DNA from: a virus
Reading direction: 5' to 3' (one strand)
IMG/VR virus record: IMGVR_UViG_3300023179_000041
Location: 1 to 64,000 of that record
DNA: 64,000 nt
Below, one piece after another: positions 48,474-58,488 of this stretch. Made by a program: the position numbers and the translations under genes. Each line of letters opens with the position of its first letter. Position 1 is the stretch's first letter. A model generated the notes under the pieces. It was not told the origin of the DNA and did not search any database. It saw nothing but the letters and a program-made list of their open reading frames with translations.

Positions 48474-49170
48474 TTTCCCCAGTGGCAGGTCTACCTGCAT
48501 AGCATATATAGATAACGCAATATCTGTTGACGATTGCAACTTTCTGATAGCAGAATGCACTAAAAATTATGACAAACTATTTTCCCCTGGCCCGACCATA
48601 GGTGGCGTAAACACAAGAATCAAAAACTCGATGGATTTTGGTTTGTCCGAAGAATCTGACAAGATTTATCAAACTGGCAACAATAATTTTTTGAAAGCAA
48701 CGCAATTTGTCCTAGATGGTCTTGGAACCGCAATGGCTCTATATTTGGAAGAGTTCAAAGAATTGCAGCACTCAACAGCATTAACGAGTACTGGTTTTAG
48801 ACTTCAGCACTATCCAAGAAAACAGGGTTATTACAGGCGGCATCATGATGGCGCGCCATGGGACCCGGACCCGATAAACAGCAGAGTGCTTGGGGTGGTC
48901 ATATACTTAAACACCATTAAGCATGGTGGTGGGACAGAATTCCCAGAACAAAATTGCGAGATAGAGGCAAAGGCTGGAAGAATCGCTCTTTTCCCAGCAA
49001 ATTGGACACATCCACACGCGGGGAAAGTTCCAATATCATGCGACAAGTGGATTATCAGCACATTTATTGTCTGCGATAGAATACATTCAGAACAATCAGT
49101 CGTTGTTCAGCCAGAGCAAATTAAATCGTATGATGACATTGAAAAACTTTTAGCGAATGAGGAAAAGTGA
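48466..49170 (+). CDS. 2OG-Fe(II) oxygenase, prolyl-4-hydroxylase-like
   Basis: LQHY...YRRHHD, IYLN...GGGTEF, FPANWTHPH, KWIIST. Confidence 0.9.
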   Translation: MINFPSGRSTCIAYIDNAISVDDCNFLIAECTKNYDKLFSPGPTIGGVNTRIKNSMDFGLSEESDKIYQTGNNNFLKATQFVLDGLGTAMALYLEEFKELQHSTALTSTGFRLQHYPRKQGYYRRHHDGAPWDPDPINSRVLGVVIYLNTIKHGGGTEFPEQNCEIEAKAGRIALFPANWTHPHAGKVPISCDKWIISTFIVCDRIHSEQSVVVQPEQIKSYDDIEKLLANEEK

Positions 49171-49898
49171 AACAAACTCCACTTACCATTTATTGGGCAC
49201 CATACTGGCCGCTGTCTTTAAAATATGACCTAAATCATATATTTCCTTCACCAAAATCTCTGTATGACGAGTGGTTTGAAAAATATACGCCGCAGCGACG
49301 ACCAGATGTTTACTTCAACTGCCCTGCGTCTACAAGAAAAATGAAACGAACATTTTCGTTTGTCAACATTGTAGACACACACACCAGATTTAATTCAGAT
49401 GGGTCAATCGAATATTCACGACCAGAGAAATATCAACTACTGAATGAACTAATTCACCAACCGACTATAGAAAATCACCGACTGATAAATGTTCAGTATT
49501 CGTTGCTTGTTTTTTGTGAGGAGTCTGTAGTTGCCTCAATGGAGTCCCCGTTTTTTCATAAAACAGAAGCATTCAAATATGGAGCCATAGTGCCTGGGGA
49601 GTTTGATGTTGGTCAATGGTACCGCCCATTAAATGCGGAGTTTCAATTATGGGAAAACGTAGACGAACTATATCTTGCTGCTAATGAGCCGCTCTTCTAT
49701 CTTGAATTTTTGACCGATAGACCAGTAGTTATGCAAAGGTATCAAGTCACGAAAAGACTAAGCACAATTGCAAGTTCCCTAATTCATGTAAATCCTCTTG
49801 GGAAATTTGCGGGTCTTTCTGAAAAATATCGCATCTTTCAACAATCGCGACTTAGAAGTCAGGTATTGAAAGAAATCAAGAACAATTTGGTTGATTGA
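49167..49898 (+). CDS. Hypothetical protein, probably related to 47150-48013
   Basis: NCPA, SPFFH, VPGEFDVGQWYRP, EPLFYLEF. Confidence 0.7.
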   Translation: MKQTPLTIYWAPYWPLSLKYDLNHIFPSPKSLYDEWFEKYTPQRRPDVYFNCPASTRKMKRTFSFVNIVDTHTRFNSDGSIEYSRPEKYQLLNELIHQPTIENHRLINVQYSLLVFCEESVVASMESPFFHKTEAFKYGAIVPGEFDVGQWYRPLNAEFQLWENVDELYLAANEPLFYLEFLTDRPVVMQRYQVTKRLSTIASSLIHVNPLGKFAGLSEKYRIFQQSRLRSQVLKEIKNNLVD

Positions 49899-49899
49899 A

Positions 49900-50511
49900 A
49901 TGACTATTAAAATAGTTGATTTTTTGTCTGCCGACGAAAGAGCGCGCGTCATTGAGTATGCAATGTGCAGACCGTGGTCAAAAGACAGTTGGGGACGTTT
50001 CACTTGTGACTTTCCTGTTTGGGACGTTCAAAACCTTGACTGGCTGTACGAGAAATCCGCCAATGCGGCATCTGCTGCGTTTGGCGCAGACGGCATTATT
50101 CCGACCTACTACAAATTTTGCAAGTATTCACCGCGTTACGGTATTCCAAGAGTCCCACCACACATAGATGAAAATGCATGCACATATACAGTTGACATAC
50201 AACTTGATTCAAATATTGACTGGTCTATATATATTGATTTTGATGAATATCTCCTTAAGGATGGAGATGCGGTTTTATACATGGGCGAAGACCAACTTCA
50301 TTGGCGCCCAAAATTTCCAACAGATGATGAGTCGGATTCAATCTCAATGCTTTTCATGCATTATGCGCACCAGAATCATTGGTTTTTTGAATATGGACAA
50401 GATTTTATGAGAAATCCAGAACTTCACAATATTTGGGTTCAAAGAATGCAAACTTTGCTTGCCTCGAACAAACACAAAACGATGACAGAAATTGACGACG
50501 GAATATTATGA
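49900..50511 (+). CDS. 2OG-Fe(II) oxygenase-like protein
   Basis: PPHID...YTVDIQL, GDAVLYMG...HWR, LFMHY. Confidence 0.8.
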   Translation: MTIKIVDFLSADERARVIEYAMCRPWSKDSWGRFTCDFPVWDVQNLDWLYEKSANAASAAFGADGIIPTYYKFCKYSPRYGIPRVPPHIDENACTYTVDIQLDSNIDWSIYIDFDEYLLKDGDAVLYMGEDQLHWRPKFPTDDESDSISMLFMHYAHQNHWFFEYGQDFMRNPELHNIWVQRMQTLLASNKHKTMTEIDDGIL

Positions 50512-50529
50512 ATGTGCTATCATGTTTTC

Positions 50530-50970
50530 ATGAACAAATTTCAACAATTCTTCAGACCAACCACGCAAGATGAATTGGCAGAACTAGCCAAAAAACTAAC
50601 CCCTCCAGACGACATAAGAGACCTAGTTCCGATTCCAGGTAGACCAGAAGACTGGCTATTTTACGGAGTACAAAAGAAAGCACAGTCATTTTTCTCGACG
50701 ATGGCGGCTCAAACCAAAAGGTTTGGGTCTCGTGAATACTGGACAAAGGTCAACGCAATTGAGGCGATATCCTTCACCACGAAGATATCTATCATTTTCC
50801 CTGGTCTTTTATTTGGCAAACAATGGTGGTGGCTGTATCTCTTCGCCCTGGTGTCAAGTGCGGCGCTTGTGGCAACATCAACCATAAAGACTTTACCGAC
50901 GATAATTTGGTTCAATATTATTTGGATTGTTCTAGCCTCACTATCAATCGCAAAGCACTTTATTCAATGA
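50530..50970 (+). CDS. Membrane protein (3 TM)
   Basis: IIFPGLLFGKQWWWLYLFAL, KTLPTIIWFNIIW. Confidence 0.7.
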   Translation: MNKFQQFFRPTTQDELAELAKKLTPPDDIRDLVPIPGRPEDWLFYGVQKKAQSFFSTMAAQTKRFGSREYWTKVNAIEAISFTTKISIIFPGLLFGKQWWWLYLFALVSSAALVATSTIKTLPTIIWFNIIWIVLASLSIAKHFIQ

Positions 50971-51087
50971 CGCAAGCGGCGGGATACTGATAGAAATTCA
51001 AGACAACTTGGTTGATTAACTACTTGTTTTCGTTGGCGTAATCAAAAGTCTTAAAAATTTGATGCCCTATACGTTACAATTTAGTCA

Positions 51088-52164
51088 ATGAAAATTGGGT
51101 ACATTTCTCAAGATTGGTCAAAGCATAATGGCAATTCTGTTCCAAACGGATGCACTTGGTACAGGTGCATAGTACCCGGCAAGGAAATGAAAAAATTTGG
51201 GGTGCTGACCGAAGTCGGTCTACTCGCAATGACAAGGAGCAATCAAATTGGCGTACAGCGTGTTGACGGAATGAAAGTCTCCGGGTTCGACATAATTGTT
51301 TTCAAATTGGCAATGCACGTGAGCACACTCGCAGCAGTTGATAGGGCAAAGGGAAACGGTCAAAAAATAGTCGTAGATATAGATGATTGGTTTGATGACC
51401 TACCTGATACAAATAGAGCAAAAATTATCACCGACCCAGAGCGAAACCCCTTCAACAACAGAAATATTTATTTTCAAATAATTGAACTTGCGGATGCGCT
51501 TATTTGCTCAACCGATTTTCTTTATCGCTGGTATAAAAACAAATATCCAAATAAATTGGTATTTTTAGTTCGCAACGCCATTGATTTGGATAGGTGGGCC
51601 AAGTACAAGCCACCAAAAGGAAAACCAGTCATCGGATGGATGGGCGCAACGCCCTGGCGTGCACTTGACTTAGAGCAGTTGCGTCCGTTTTTTGGGAATT
51701 TTATAAAACAACACAAACTAACTTTTCATCATGCCGGCCACATAGAGAATGCCGAGCACGCCGCAGACCTTCTTGGCATAGATAGGTCTTTTACTTCAAC
51801 AGAACCGATGCAGCCAATTACAAATCTCCCTTCACTAATGAAAAAATTCAACATTGGGATTGTTCCGCTAAACAATATTGATTTCAATAAGGCCAAGTCA
51901 TATCTGAAGGGGCTTGAGTATGCGGTTGCCGGAATCCCGTTTGTTGCCTCTGACATGTTTGAGTACAGACTCTTATCTGATGCTGGGATTGGTCGAATTG
52001 CAGATTCCCCAGAGCAATGGCAAGCACACATGGAGGCGCTATTGGATTTCAAGACGCGCAATGAAGATGCTAGAATTAATTACGAAATAGCAATATCTGA
52101 ATTCTCAATAGGTTCGCGTGTCAATGAATGGTTGTCAGTATTCAAAAAAATCTTGGAGCAATAG
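51088..52164 (+). CDS. GT-B (GT4-like) glycosyltransferase
   Basis: VDIDD, RNAID, IGWMG, IGIVPL..FN.AKS..KGLEY..AGIPFVAS. Confidence 0.9.
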   Translation: MKIGYISQDWSKHNGNSVPNGCTWYRCIVPGKEMKKFGVLTEVGLLAMTRSNQIGVQRVDGMKVSGFDIIVFKLAMHVSTLAAVDRAKGNGQKIVVDIDDWFDDLPDTNRAKIITDPERNPFNNRNIYFQIIELADALICSTDFLYRWYKNKYPNKLVFLVRNAIDLDRWAKYKPPKGKPVIGWMGATPWRALDLEQLRPFFGNFIKQHKLTFHHAGHIENAEHAADLLGIDRSFTSTEPMQPITNLPSLMKKFNIGIVPLNNIDFNKAKSYLKGLEYAVAGIPFVASDMFEYRLLSDAGIGRIADSPEQWQAHMEALLDFKTRNEDARINYEIAISEFSIGSRVNEWLSVFKKILEQ

Positions 52165-52167
52165 TTC

Positions 52168-53262
52168 ATGGCAAAAATTGAATTCAGCGTTGGTTTTGTT
52201 TCTACCGACTGGTCTCAGGTTGATGGTCAAATAGTGCCAAATGGCTGCACGTGGTACAGATGTATTTTGCCTTCACATGAGTTGCTGAAGTCTGGAATAA
52301 AATCGGCGGTTGGGCTCATTCAAATTCACGAAAATAGAGGTTTTGGCGTTGGCGGCATCGGGGTGCAAAAAGTAGGTACACATAAAATCATTGTGATGAA
52401 AGTAATAATGCATAAGTTGGTTCGCGACCATATTAAAAAAGCACAAAAGTACGGCCAAAAAATAGTTGTAGATATCGACGATTTGTTTGATGAGATTCAT
52501 GAAAGCAATATGGCTCACGGCTCGACAGACCCAACAAAAAACAAAGACAACAATCGAGTCATTTATAGTGAAATTATTGAGGCCTCTGACGCGCTTATTT
52601 GCTCGACCCCATTCATAGCGGAACATTACAAAGCAATGTTCCCAAGAAAACCTATATTTGTAATCAGGAATTCAATTGATGCCGGTAGATGGATACCATT
52701 TAACTCCGTTGAGAGGCAGCCAATTATCGGCTGGCTAGGCGCAACTCCATGGCGCTCATTAGACCTTGAGCAATTATCTGGTTTTTTCAACGAGTATCTT
52801 GAGTCTAGAAATGCAAAATTTCATCATTCGGGATACTTAAAGTGGGCCCCGCTCGCCCATAACAAATTGGGGATTAAGGATGCAAAGCGCGTAACGGTGT
52901 CTCCAATGGTGCCACTTATGGAGTTGCCACAAACATACGCAAACTTTGATATTGGAATTGTGCCGTTAAACGACATACCTTTCAATCGAGCAAAATCCTT
53001 CATTAAGGGCCTTGAATACGCGGCGGCTGGGATTCCATTTGTTGCTTCTGCACTGCCCGAATATGAATATCTTTCTGCTTGCGGCATAGGAACGATTGCG
53101 TCAAATAAAAGAGAATGGTTTGATGCCCTTGATTCATTGCTGGACGCAGGCAAAAGAGAGAAAGAAAGTTATAGGTGTAGGAAGATAGTTGAGGCCGATT
53201 TTTCTATTCAGGCGCACCGTAAAGAGTGGATTTCCGTGTTTAGGGAGATTGACAAGTTGTAG
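52168..53262 (+). CDS. GT-B (GT4-like) glycosyltransferase, paralog of 51088
   Basis: Same motifs including PNGCTWYRC and GATPWR. Confidence 0.9.
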   Translation: MAKIEFSVGFVSTDWSQVDGQIVPNGCTWYRCILPSHELLKSGIKSAVGLIQIHENRGFGVGGIGVQKVGTHKIIVMKVIMHKLVRDHIKKAQKYGQKIVVDIDDLFDEIHESNMAHGSTDPTKNKDNNRVIYSEIIEASDALICSTPFIAEHYKAMFPRKPIFVIRNSIDAGRWIPFNSVERQPIIGWLGATPWRSLDLEQLSGFFNEYLESRNAKFHHSGYLKWAPLAHNKLGIKDAKRVTVSPMVPLMELPQTYANFDIGIVPLNDIPFNRAKSFIKGLEYAAAGIPFVASALPEYEYLSACGIGTIASNKREWFDALDSLLDAGKREKESYRCRKIVEADFSIQAHRKEWISVFREIDKL

Positions 53263-53311
53263 GACTGCGATATTTTCTCTATCTGACCAAGAGAAATAGT
53301 ATGCGGTCAAA

Positions 53312-55450
53312 ATGTCTACTCGCACCCGCATTCGTCGAATCCAGGCCATTGTTTGGCTGATTGCATTTACTGCGTCTCTTTTTACCTTTGTTAGTTTCCA
53401 GTCGCAGCGTGTCGTATTTGCCGACGATGAGCCAACAACAACGACGACGGTTTCCCCTACCACTACAGAGCCCACAACAACAACAGTTGAATCTACGACA
53501 ACAACTGTTGCCATAACTACGACTATTCCGGCGACTACAACTACGGTCGAATCAACTACGACCACTACGGTTTCGCCAACTACCACTATAGAACAAGTAA
53601 CTACGACTACTACGACTGTTCCGCCGACTACAACAACGACAACAGTCCCTCCAACAACAACTACTACCGTTCCCCAGCAAGTTACGTATACGGCTACGCA
53701 ATCAACGCGGGACTTTTACTTAGAAATTACAGAAGCGAGAACATTGACAATCAGGACATATGCGCAGTCGTTCGGCATTGACTCAATGTTGTGGCTCTAC
53801 AACTCAAGTAACACAATTCTTGCCGCAAACGACGACTGGTTCGGGCTGGATTCACATATTTCTATTCAACTTCAACCTGGCACATATCGACTTAGGGCTG
53901 GCGTTTGCTGCGGCAACCCGGATGCATGGTACGGAACTTCATACACAATCCAAGCGAATTCTGCATTGGCGCCTACGGCCGTTACGACTACTACGACTGT
54001 TCCGCCGACTACAACTACGACTACAACTACGACTACAACGACAACTACAACGACAACTACAAGTACTACGAGTACTACGAGTACAACTACTACGACTGTT
54101 CCAACAACTACGACTACGACTACGACTACGACTACGACAAGTACTACGAGTACGACTACTACGACTGTTTATGTAACTCCGCAGACTACGACGACGACCG
54201 CTCCTGTCGTGGAGACAACGCTTCCCCCGACAACAACTGTTCCTGAGCCAGAAGAGACTGCGCCTGAGACGACTGTTCCTGATGAGACTGAGACGACTGT
54301 TCCTGATGAAGCCGAAGAGCCTTCAACAACGACAACCACGATTTTAGAGCCTCAAGAAGAAGACGAAACAACAACAACAACAACGACTACTCCTGTTGAG
54401 ACTGACCCTGGTTTTGAGGCTGAGCCAGATGATGAACAGACCACTCCTCCTGACGAAGAAACAAAGACGCAAGAAGAGACACAGTCGACAGAACCAGAAA
54501 ACCCAGAAAGCCAAACAGAATCAGAATCTCCACAGGACGAAACTGTAACAGAAATAGTTGAAGGGCTTACTGAAGTTCTAGACGAAGATGCCTCGGCAGA
54601 AGATGTGACTGCTGCCGTTGAGGACGTCCTTGAATCAATCACGGATAAGGAAGAGGTAGCCGCCTTAGTCGAGGCAATTCTTGATGCAATCACGGAAGAT
54701 AAGCCTGTCGAGCAGTTGACCGAAGAAGATAAAGAAAAGATTGTAGCGGTGGTAGAAGCAGTCATAAGCGCCGGTATTGATTCTTCAGTCGCCTCAGAAC
54801 TGGCTTCTAGCGCTGCGGTTCTTGAGTCTGTTTCTGTTGACCAAGCCAAAACCATTTTTGCTTCAGTAGACGAAAGCGCCCTGACTGAAGAGGTTGCCGA
54901 ACAAATAGTTGACGCGGTGCAGGAAGCCCCCTCAGAGATTCGTGAAGTCTTTGAAGACGTCGTCAGCCTGTTCTCCGGCGCATTCGACTCCTATAAGATG
55001 CTCGGTTCAAATATCGATGTTGGGCAACGCCGAACAGTTGTTGCGGCAACTCTTCTAACTTCTGCCGGAGCGGCTTCGGCCATGCTCGGGACGTCTAGGC
55101 CCACCCCTAGCGGGTCTGCCCCGTCTAGTCCGAGCACACGGCAAGACACTGCGACTAGACGGGATGATGAGGAAGAATCTGAGCCTGCCGGCGAGATTGC
55201 TGGCGACGGTCTGGATTGGATTAGGAGTATAAGTATTTACAAATACGTAAATGGAGTAAAGGTTATGGACTGGAAAGCATTCATCAAAAAGTTTGTCTAC
55301 GGGTTGCTCAATATGGGCTTCACCATCGCTGGCTCCCTTGTTGTGTATTTAACTCTGTCTGGAGCCATTCAGAAGATTGCTGGCATCTCAACAGTTCTGG
55401 CAATCGCTGCCGCTCTATATTTGCACATGAAGGAGCCTGGAGAAGGCTGA
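53312..55450 (+). CDS. Mucin-like Thr-rich membrane protein with PPC-like domain
   Basis: Signal peptide/TM, two poly-Thr tracts flanking DSMLWLY..ANDD..LQPGTY, acidic helical region, two C-terminal TMs. Confidence 0.8.
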   Translation: MSTRTRIRRIQAIVWLIAFTASLFTFVSFQSQRVVFADDEPTTTTTVSPTTTEPTTTTVESTTTTVAITTTIPATTTTVESTTTTTVSPTTTIEQVTTTTTTVPPTTTTTTVPPTTTTTVPQQVTYTATQSTRDFYLEITEARTLTIRTYAQSFGIDSMLWLYNSSNTILAANDDWFGLDSHISIQLQPGTYRLRAGVCCGNPDAWYGTSYTIQANSALAPTAVTTTTTVPPTTTTTTTTTTTTTTTTTTSTTSTTSTTTTTVPTTTTTTTTTTTTSTTSTTTTTVYVTPQTTTTTAPVVETTLPPTTTVPEPEETAPETTVPDETETTVPDEAEEPSTTTTTILEPQEEDETTTTTTTTPVETDPGFEAEPDDEQTTPPDEETKTQEETQSTEPENPESQTESESPQDETVTEIVEGLTEVLDEDASAEDVTAAVEDVLESITDKEEVAALVEAILDAITEDKPVEQLTEEDKEKIVAVVEAVISAGIDSSVASELASSAAVLESVSVDQAKTIFASVDESALTEEVAEQIVDAVQEAPSEIREVFEDVVSLFSGAFDSYKMLGSNIDVGQRRTVVAATLLTSAGAASAMLGTSRPTPSGSAPSSPSTRQDTATRRDDEEESEPAGEIAGDGLDWIRSISIYKYVNGVKVMDWKAFIKKFVYGLLNMGFTIAGSLVVYLTLSGAIQKIAGISTVLAIAAALYLHMKEPGEG
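53983..54199 (+). repeat. Degenerate (ACN)n microsatellite encoding poly-Thr
   Basis: ACGACT/ACAACT runs. Confidence 0.8.
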
Positions 55451-55499
55451 TTCGCGCTAGACTAATCGCACCAAATAACCACAACCCAAAGAGGTGCAA

Positions 55500-55964
55500 A
55501 TGCAAGCAGAACAAGACGTCCTAGACATGGCCAAGCGCGAGTGCAAAGGCTTGGCAACAGACGAAGAAATTGCATGGCTTCACGATGACGAGAACAGATT
55601 GGCTTGGTGCCACGCGCTAATCACTGCCCTGTCCGACAGCGAATCTCAAGTTGTATTTCACAAAAGCCGAATTGATATGATGGCTAAGGATGTCGAACTT
55701 GGGATTAAAGATGCAAACGATTACTACGAGGAAAAGCAAAAATTTGACGAGTGGGTTCGCAAGTCTCAGCGATACCGCAACGGCATCAGCAAAAGGCTTT
55801 CTGAAGTCAAGACCATCCTTGCAGATACGGATGGGTTGGACCTTGTCGAGGAAAACGCCAAACTTGTCAAGGCAATCCTTGAGCACAAGCGTGCTTCTTT
55901 TGATGGCGAATATACAGCCGAGCCGCACGACATAAAACTATGGTCGGTGATTCCAAGCCGGTAA
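55500..55964 (+). CDS. Hypothetical coiled-coil protein
   Basis: GAGGTG RBS; AILEHKR..D.KLW. Confidence 0.65.
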   Translation: MQAEQDVLDMAKRECKGLATDEEIAWLHDDENRLAWCHALITALSDSESQVVFHKSRIDMMAKDVELGIKDANDYYEEKQKFDEWVRKSQRYRNGISKRLSEVKTILADTDGLDLVEENAKLVKAILEHKRASFDGEYTAEPHDIKLWSVIPSR

Positions 55965-58132
55965 TTGCTTACGACGTAGAGCCGTTAGCAAGAGCGTTTA
56001 GAAAAATCGCAGCCCTTTGCGATGGCGCAACTGAACAAGATGGAGTTGGCTTTAGTAAGGCTGATTCGCGGTTTGGCGCTCTTGTTGCACTTCTCCCAAG
56101 CAACAAGTGGTCTCCGGCAGTCACATACGTTGCATGGACCATTCTTGCAAACTATGGCTCGCAATTAAAACGTAACGGAATTGATTACGACTCGATTATT
56201 CCACCACCACGACCTGATACATACGCTGGCGCAGACACGGTTTCTCTGATATCTCAATTGCGGCAGAAGGGCGTAAATAGGGTTTCGACAAACGGAGAAT
56301 TGTTTGCAATCGAATGCGAGTATGACGAGCAACTAATTGGAGAATTACAGAAAATAAAAGGTATTGCCTGGAATCCCGAGGCAAGTATGTGGTTGGCCCC
56401 GCTTTCGAGTAGCGAGCAAGTAGCATCTCTTATAAGCCAATACAAATTCAATACAACAAAGGAACTTGACGAAATGGCTATCGTTCCAACAATCCCAACA
56501 CAATCGGTTGACCGCTCGATAACCGTATCAAAAGGTGGGCGATTAATTTTCCAATTTCCATACGACCAAGACATAGTTGCAGAAATCAAGCAATTAAATG
56601 GGCGACTTTGGGACGTTAAAAAAAAGGTGTGGACCGCACCACCATCACTTACCGCTGTGGAGATTGCAGACAAATACGGCTTTGCGATTTCTCAGTCTCT
56701 TCGCGACTCATTGCTGAAAGCAGCAAAGCGCGAGACGGAACTTCTTGAAGCCTCAACCTCCACTGATGCGGAAGTTGAAATCCCGACTCTCTCTGGCACG
56801 CTGATGCCGTATCAAAGGGCTGGCGTTGCGTATGCATCTTCTGTCGGCAGATGCCTTATCGCAGACCAGATGGGTCTTGGCAAGACGGTTGAGGCGATAG
56901 CAACGCTTGAGGCAAAAGATGCGTTTCCTGCGGTCGTCGTTTGCCCCGCATCCCTTAAGGAGAACTGGCGCCGCGAGTTTGCAAAATGGCTTCCCCACAG
57001 AACGGTAAATGTCGTATCTGGAAAGACTGATATTGTTGCCTGCGATGTGAACGTAGTGAACTATGACATTCTGTATAAGTTTGTCGAGCCAATCCAGCAC
57101 TTGGGACCGAATGGGCTAATCCTTGATGAATCACATTATGTAAAAAATGCTACGTCTAAACGAACTAAGGCGGCAAAAGAAATAGCGTCATCGATTGGCA
57201 ACTCTGGTGCGGTTCTGCTGTTGTCTGGAACCCCAGTTATGAACCGTCCATCCGAACTGGTTTCTCAGTTGGAAATAATGGGGATGCTGAGCAGATTCGG
57301 CGGCAAATGGGCATTCTTGAAACGCTATGCGGCAGCGCACCATAACGGTTTCGGTTGGGATACTGGCGGCGCAAGCAATCTCATTGAACTCAATACAAAA
57401 CTCAGGCAGAACTGTTATATCCGCAGAACAAAAGATGAGGTGCTTCAGGAACTCCCGGACAAAGTTAGAAACGTGGTGCATCTTGACGCTTCTGGTCCGG
57501 GTTTTAGGGAGTATAGGAATGCAGAAAATGACCTAGTTTCTTTTCTTATGGCAAACGGATACAAAGCAAAAGATTCATCAGAACATCTGGCAAGAACACA
57601 AGTTCTGAAGCGTTTGGCTGCATTGGCAAAAATGGATGCTGTCGAGGAGTGGATTGACTCATTTCTTGAATCGTGCGACCGCAAACTTGTCGTGTTTGCA
57701 CACAACGTAGACATTGTGGACCACTTGTCTGATAAGTACGGCGGCTTGCGAGTTTCTGGACGAGACAGCCTTGAAGAACGTCAGCACGCAGTTGACGCAT
57801 TTCAAAATAACCCAAAAGCGCGTGTGATTATATTGAACCTGCAGGCTGGTGGAGTTGGTATTACATTGACCGCCGGTTCTGATGTTGTTTTTGTGCAGAT
57901 GGGCTGGACTCCGGGCGAACACGACCAAGCGGAAGACCGTTGCCACCGAATCGGCCAGAAAAACAACGTTCAAGCATGGTACTTGCTTGCAGCAGACACG
58001 ATTGATGAAGATATCTACGACCTTGTTGACACAAAGAGAAAAGTTGTTGATGCCGTTACCGAAGGCGACGAAGTGGAACAACAATCAGTTGTAAAAGATT
58101 TAATGAAGCGGCTTCTAGCAAAAGCAGAATAA
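55940..58132 (+). CDS. SNF2-family (SMARCAL1/HARP-like) helicase
   Basis: ADQMGLGKT, LDESH, LSGTP, QAEDRCHRIGQ; two HARP-like repeats. Confidence 0.93.
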   Translation: MVGDSKPVIAYDVEPLARAFRKIAALCDGATEQDGVGFSKADSRFGALVALLPSNKWSPAVTYVAWTILANYGSQLKRNGIDYDSIIPPPRPDTYAGADTVSLISQLRQKGVNRVSTNGELFAIECEYDEQLIGELQKIKGIAWNPEASMWLAPLSSSEQVASLISQYKFNTTKELDEMAIVPTIPTQSVDRSITVSKGGRLIFQFPYDQDIVAEIKQLNGRLWDVKKKVWTAPPSLTAVEIADKYGFAISQSLRDSLLKAAKRETELLEASTSTDAEVEIPTLSGTLMPYQRAGVAYASSVGRCLIADQMGLGKTVEAIATLEAKDAFPAVVVCPASLKENWRREFAKWLPHRTVNVVSGKTDIVACDVNVVNYDILYKFVEPIQHLGPNGLILDESHYVKNATSKRTKAAKEIASSIGNSGAVLLLSGTPVMNRPSELVSQLEIMGMLSRFGGKWAFLKRYAAAHHNGFGWDTGGASNLIELNTKLRQNCYIRRTKDEVLQELPDKVRNVVHLDASGPGFREYRNAENDLVSFLMANGYKAKDSSEHLARTQVLKRLAALAKMDAVEEWIDSFLESCDRKLVVFAHNVDIVDHLSDKYGGLRVSGRDSLEERQHAVDAFQNNPKARVIILNLQAGGVGITLTAGSDVVFVQMGWTPGEHDQAEDRCHRIGQKNNVQAWYLLAADTIDEDIYDLVDTKRKVVDAVTEGDEVEQQSVVKDLMKRLLAKAE

Positions 58133-58207
58133 TAAAGACCTTAGTCAGACTATACGACTCCTTGGTTGAGACTGTTGGTGGCAAAAGCCATCAACAAAGG
58201 AGTCATC

Positions 58208-58417
58208 ATGGACAAAAAGACCCAGACACTCGACCAAGTTGTTAAGGGCGGCGCTCTTGGCGTCGTTGTTTATCTTTGCGATAAGTACAGCGTCGACGCG
58301 ACATTGACTGCTCTTTTGATGCCGCTTGCTGCTGCCGTTTTTGCTTGGGCAAGCACCAAGGTCGGTGACCCATCGGTTGCTTCATTCCTTGCAAAGAAGG
58401 AGCAGGCCAAGAAATAG
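58208..58417 (+). CDS. Small membrane protein, holin-like
   Basis: Two TMs, basic C-terminus, upstream of endolysin. Confidence 0.55.
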   Translation: MDKKTQTLDQVVKGGALGVVVYLCDKYSVDATLTALLMPLAAAVFAWASTKVGDPSVASFLAKKEQAKK

Positions 58418-58488
58418 GTATCGCTACCTCGGACGTGTGCGCCCAGTGCGTAAACACTCCGCTGGGCGCACACTCTGGCTGAAAGAAT

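Noticed and set aside
53760-54246. Tyr/Asp-rich and Leu/Arg-rich ORFs
   Set aside because: Alternate-frame readings of the poly-Thr microsatellite
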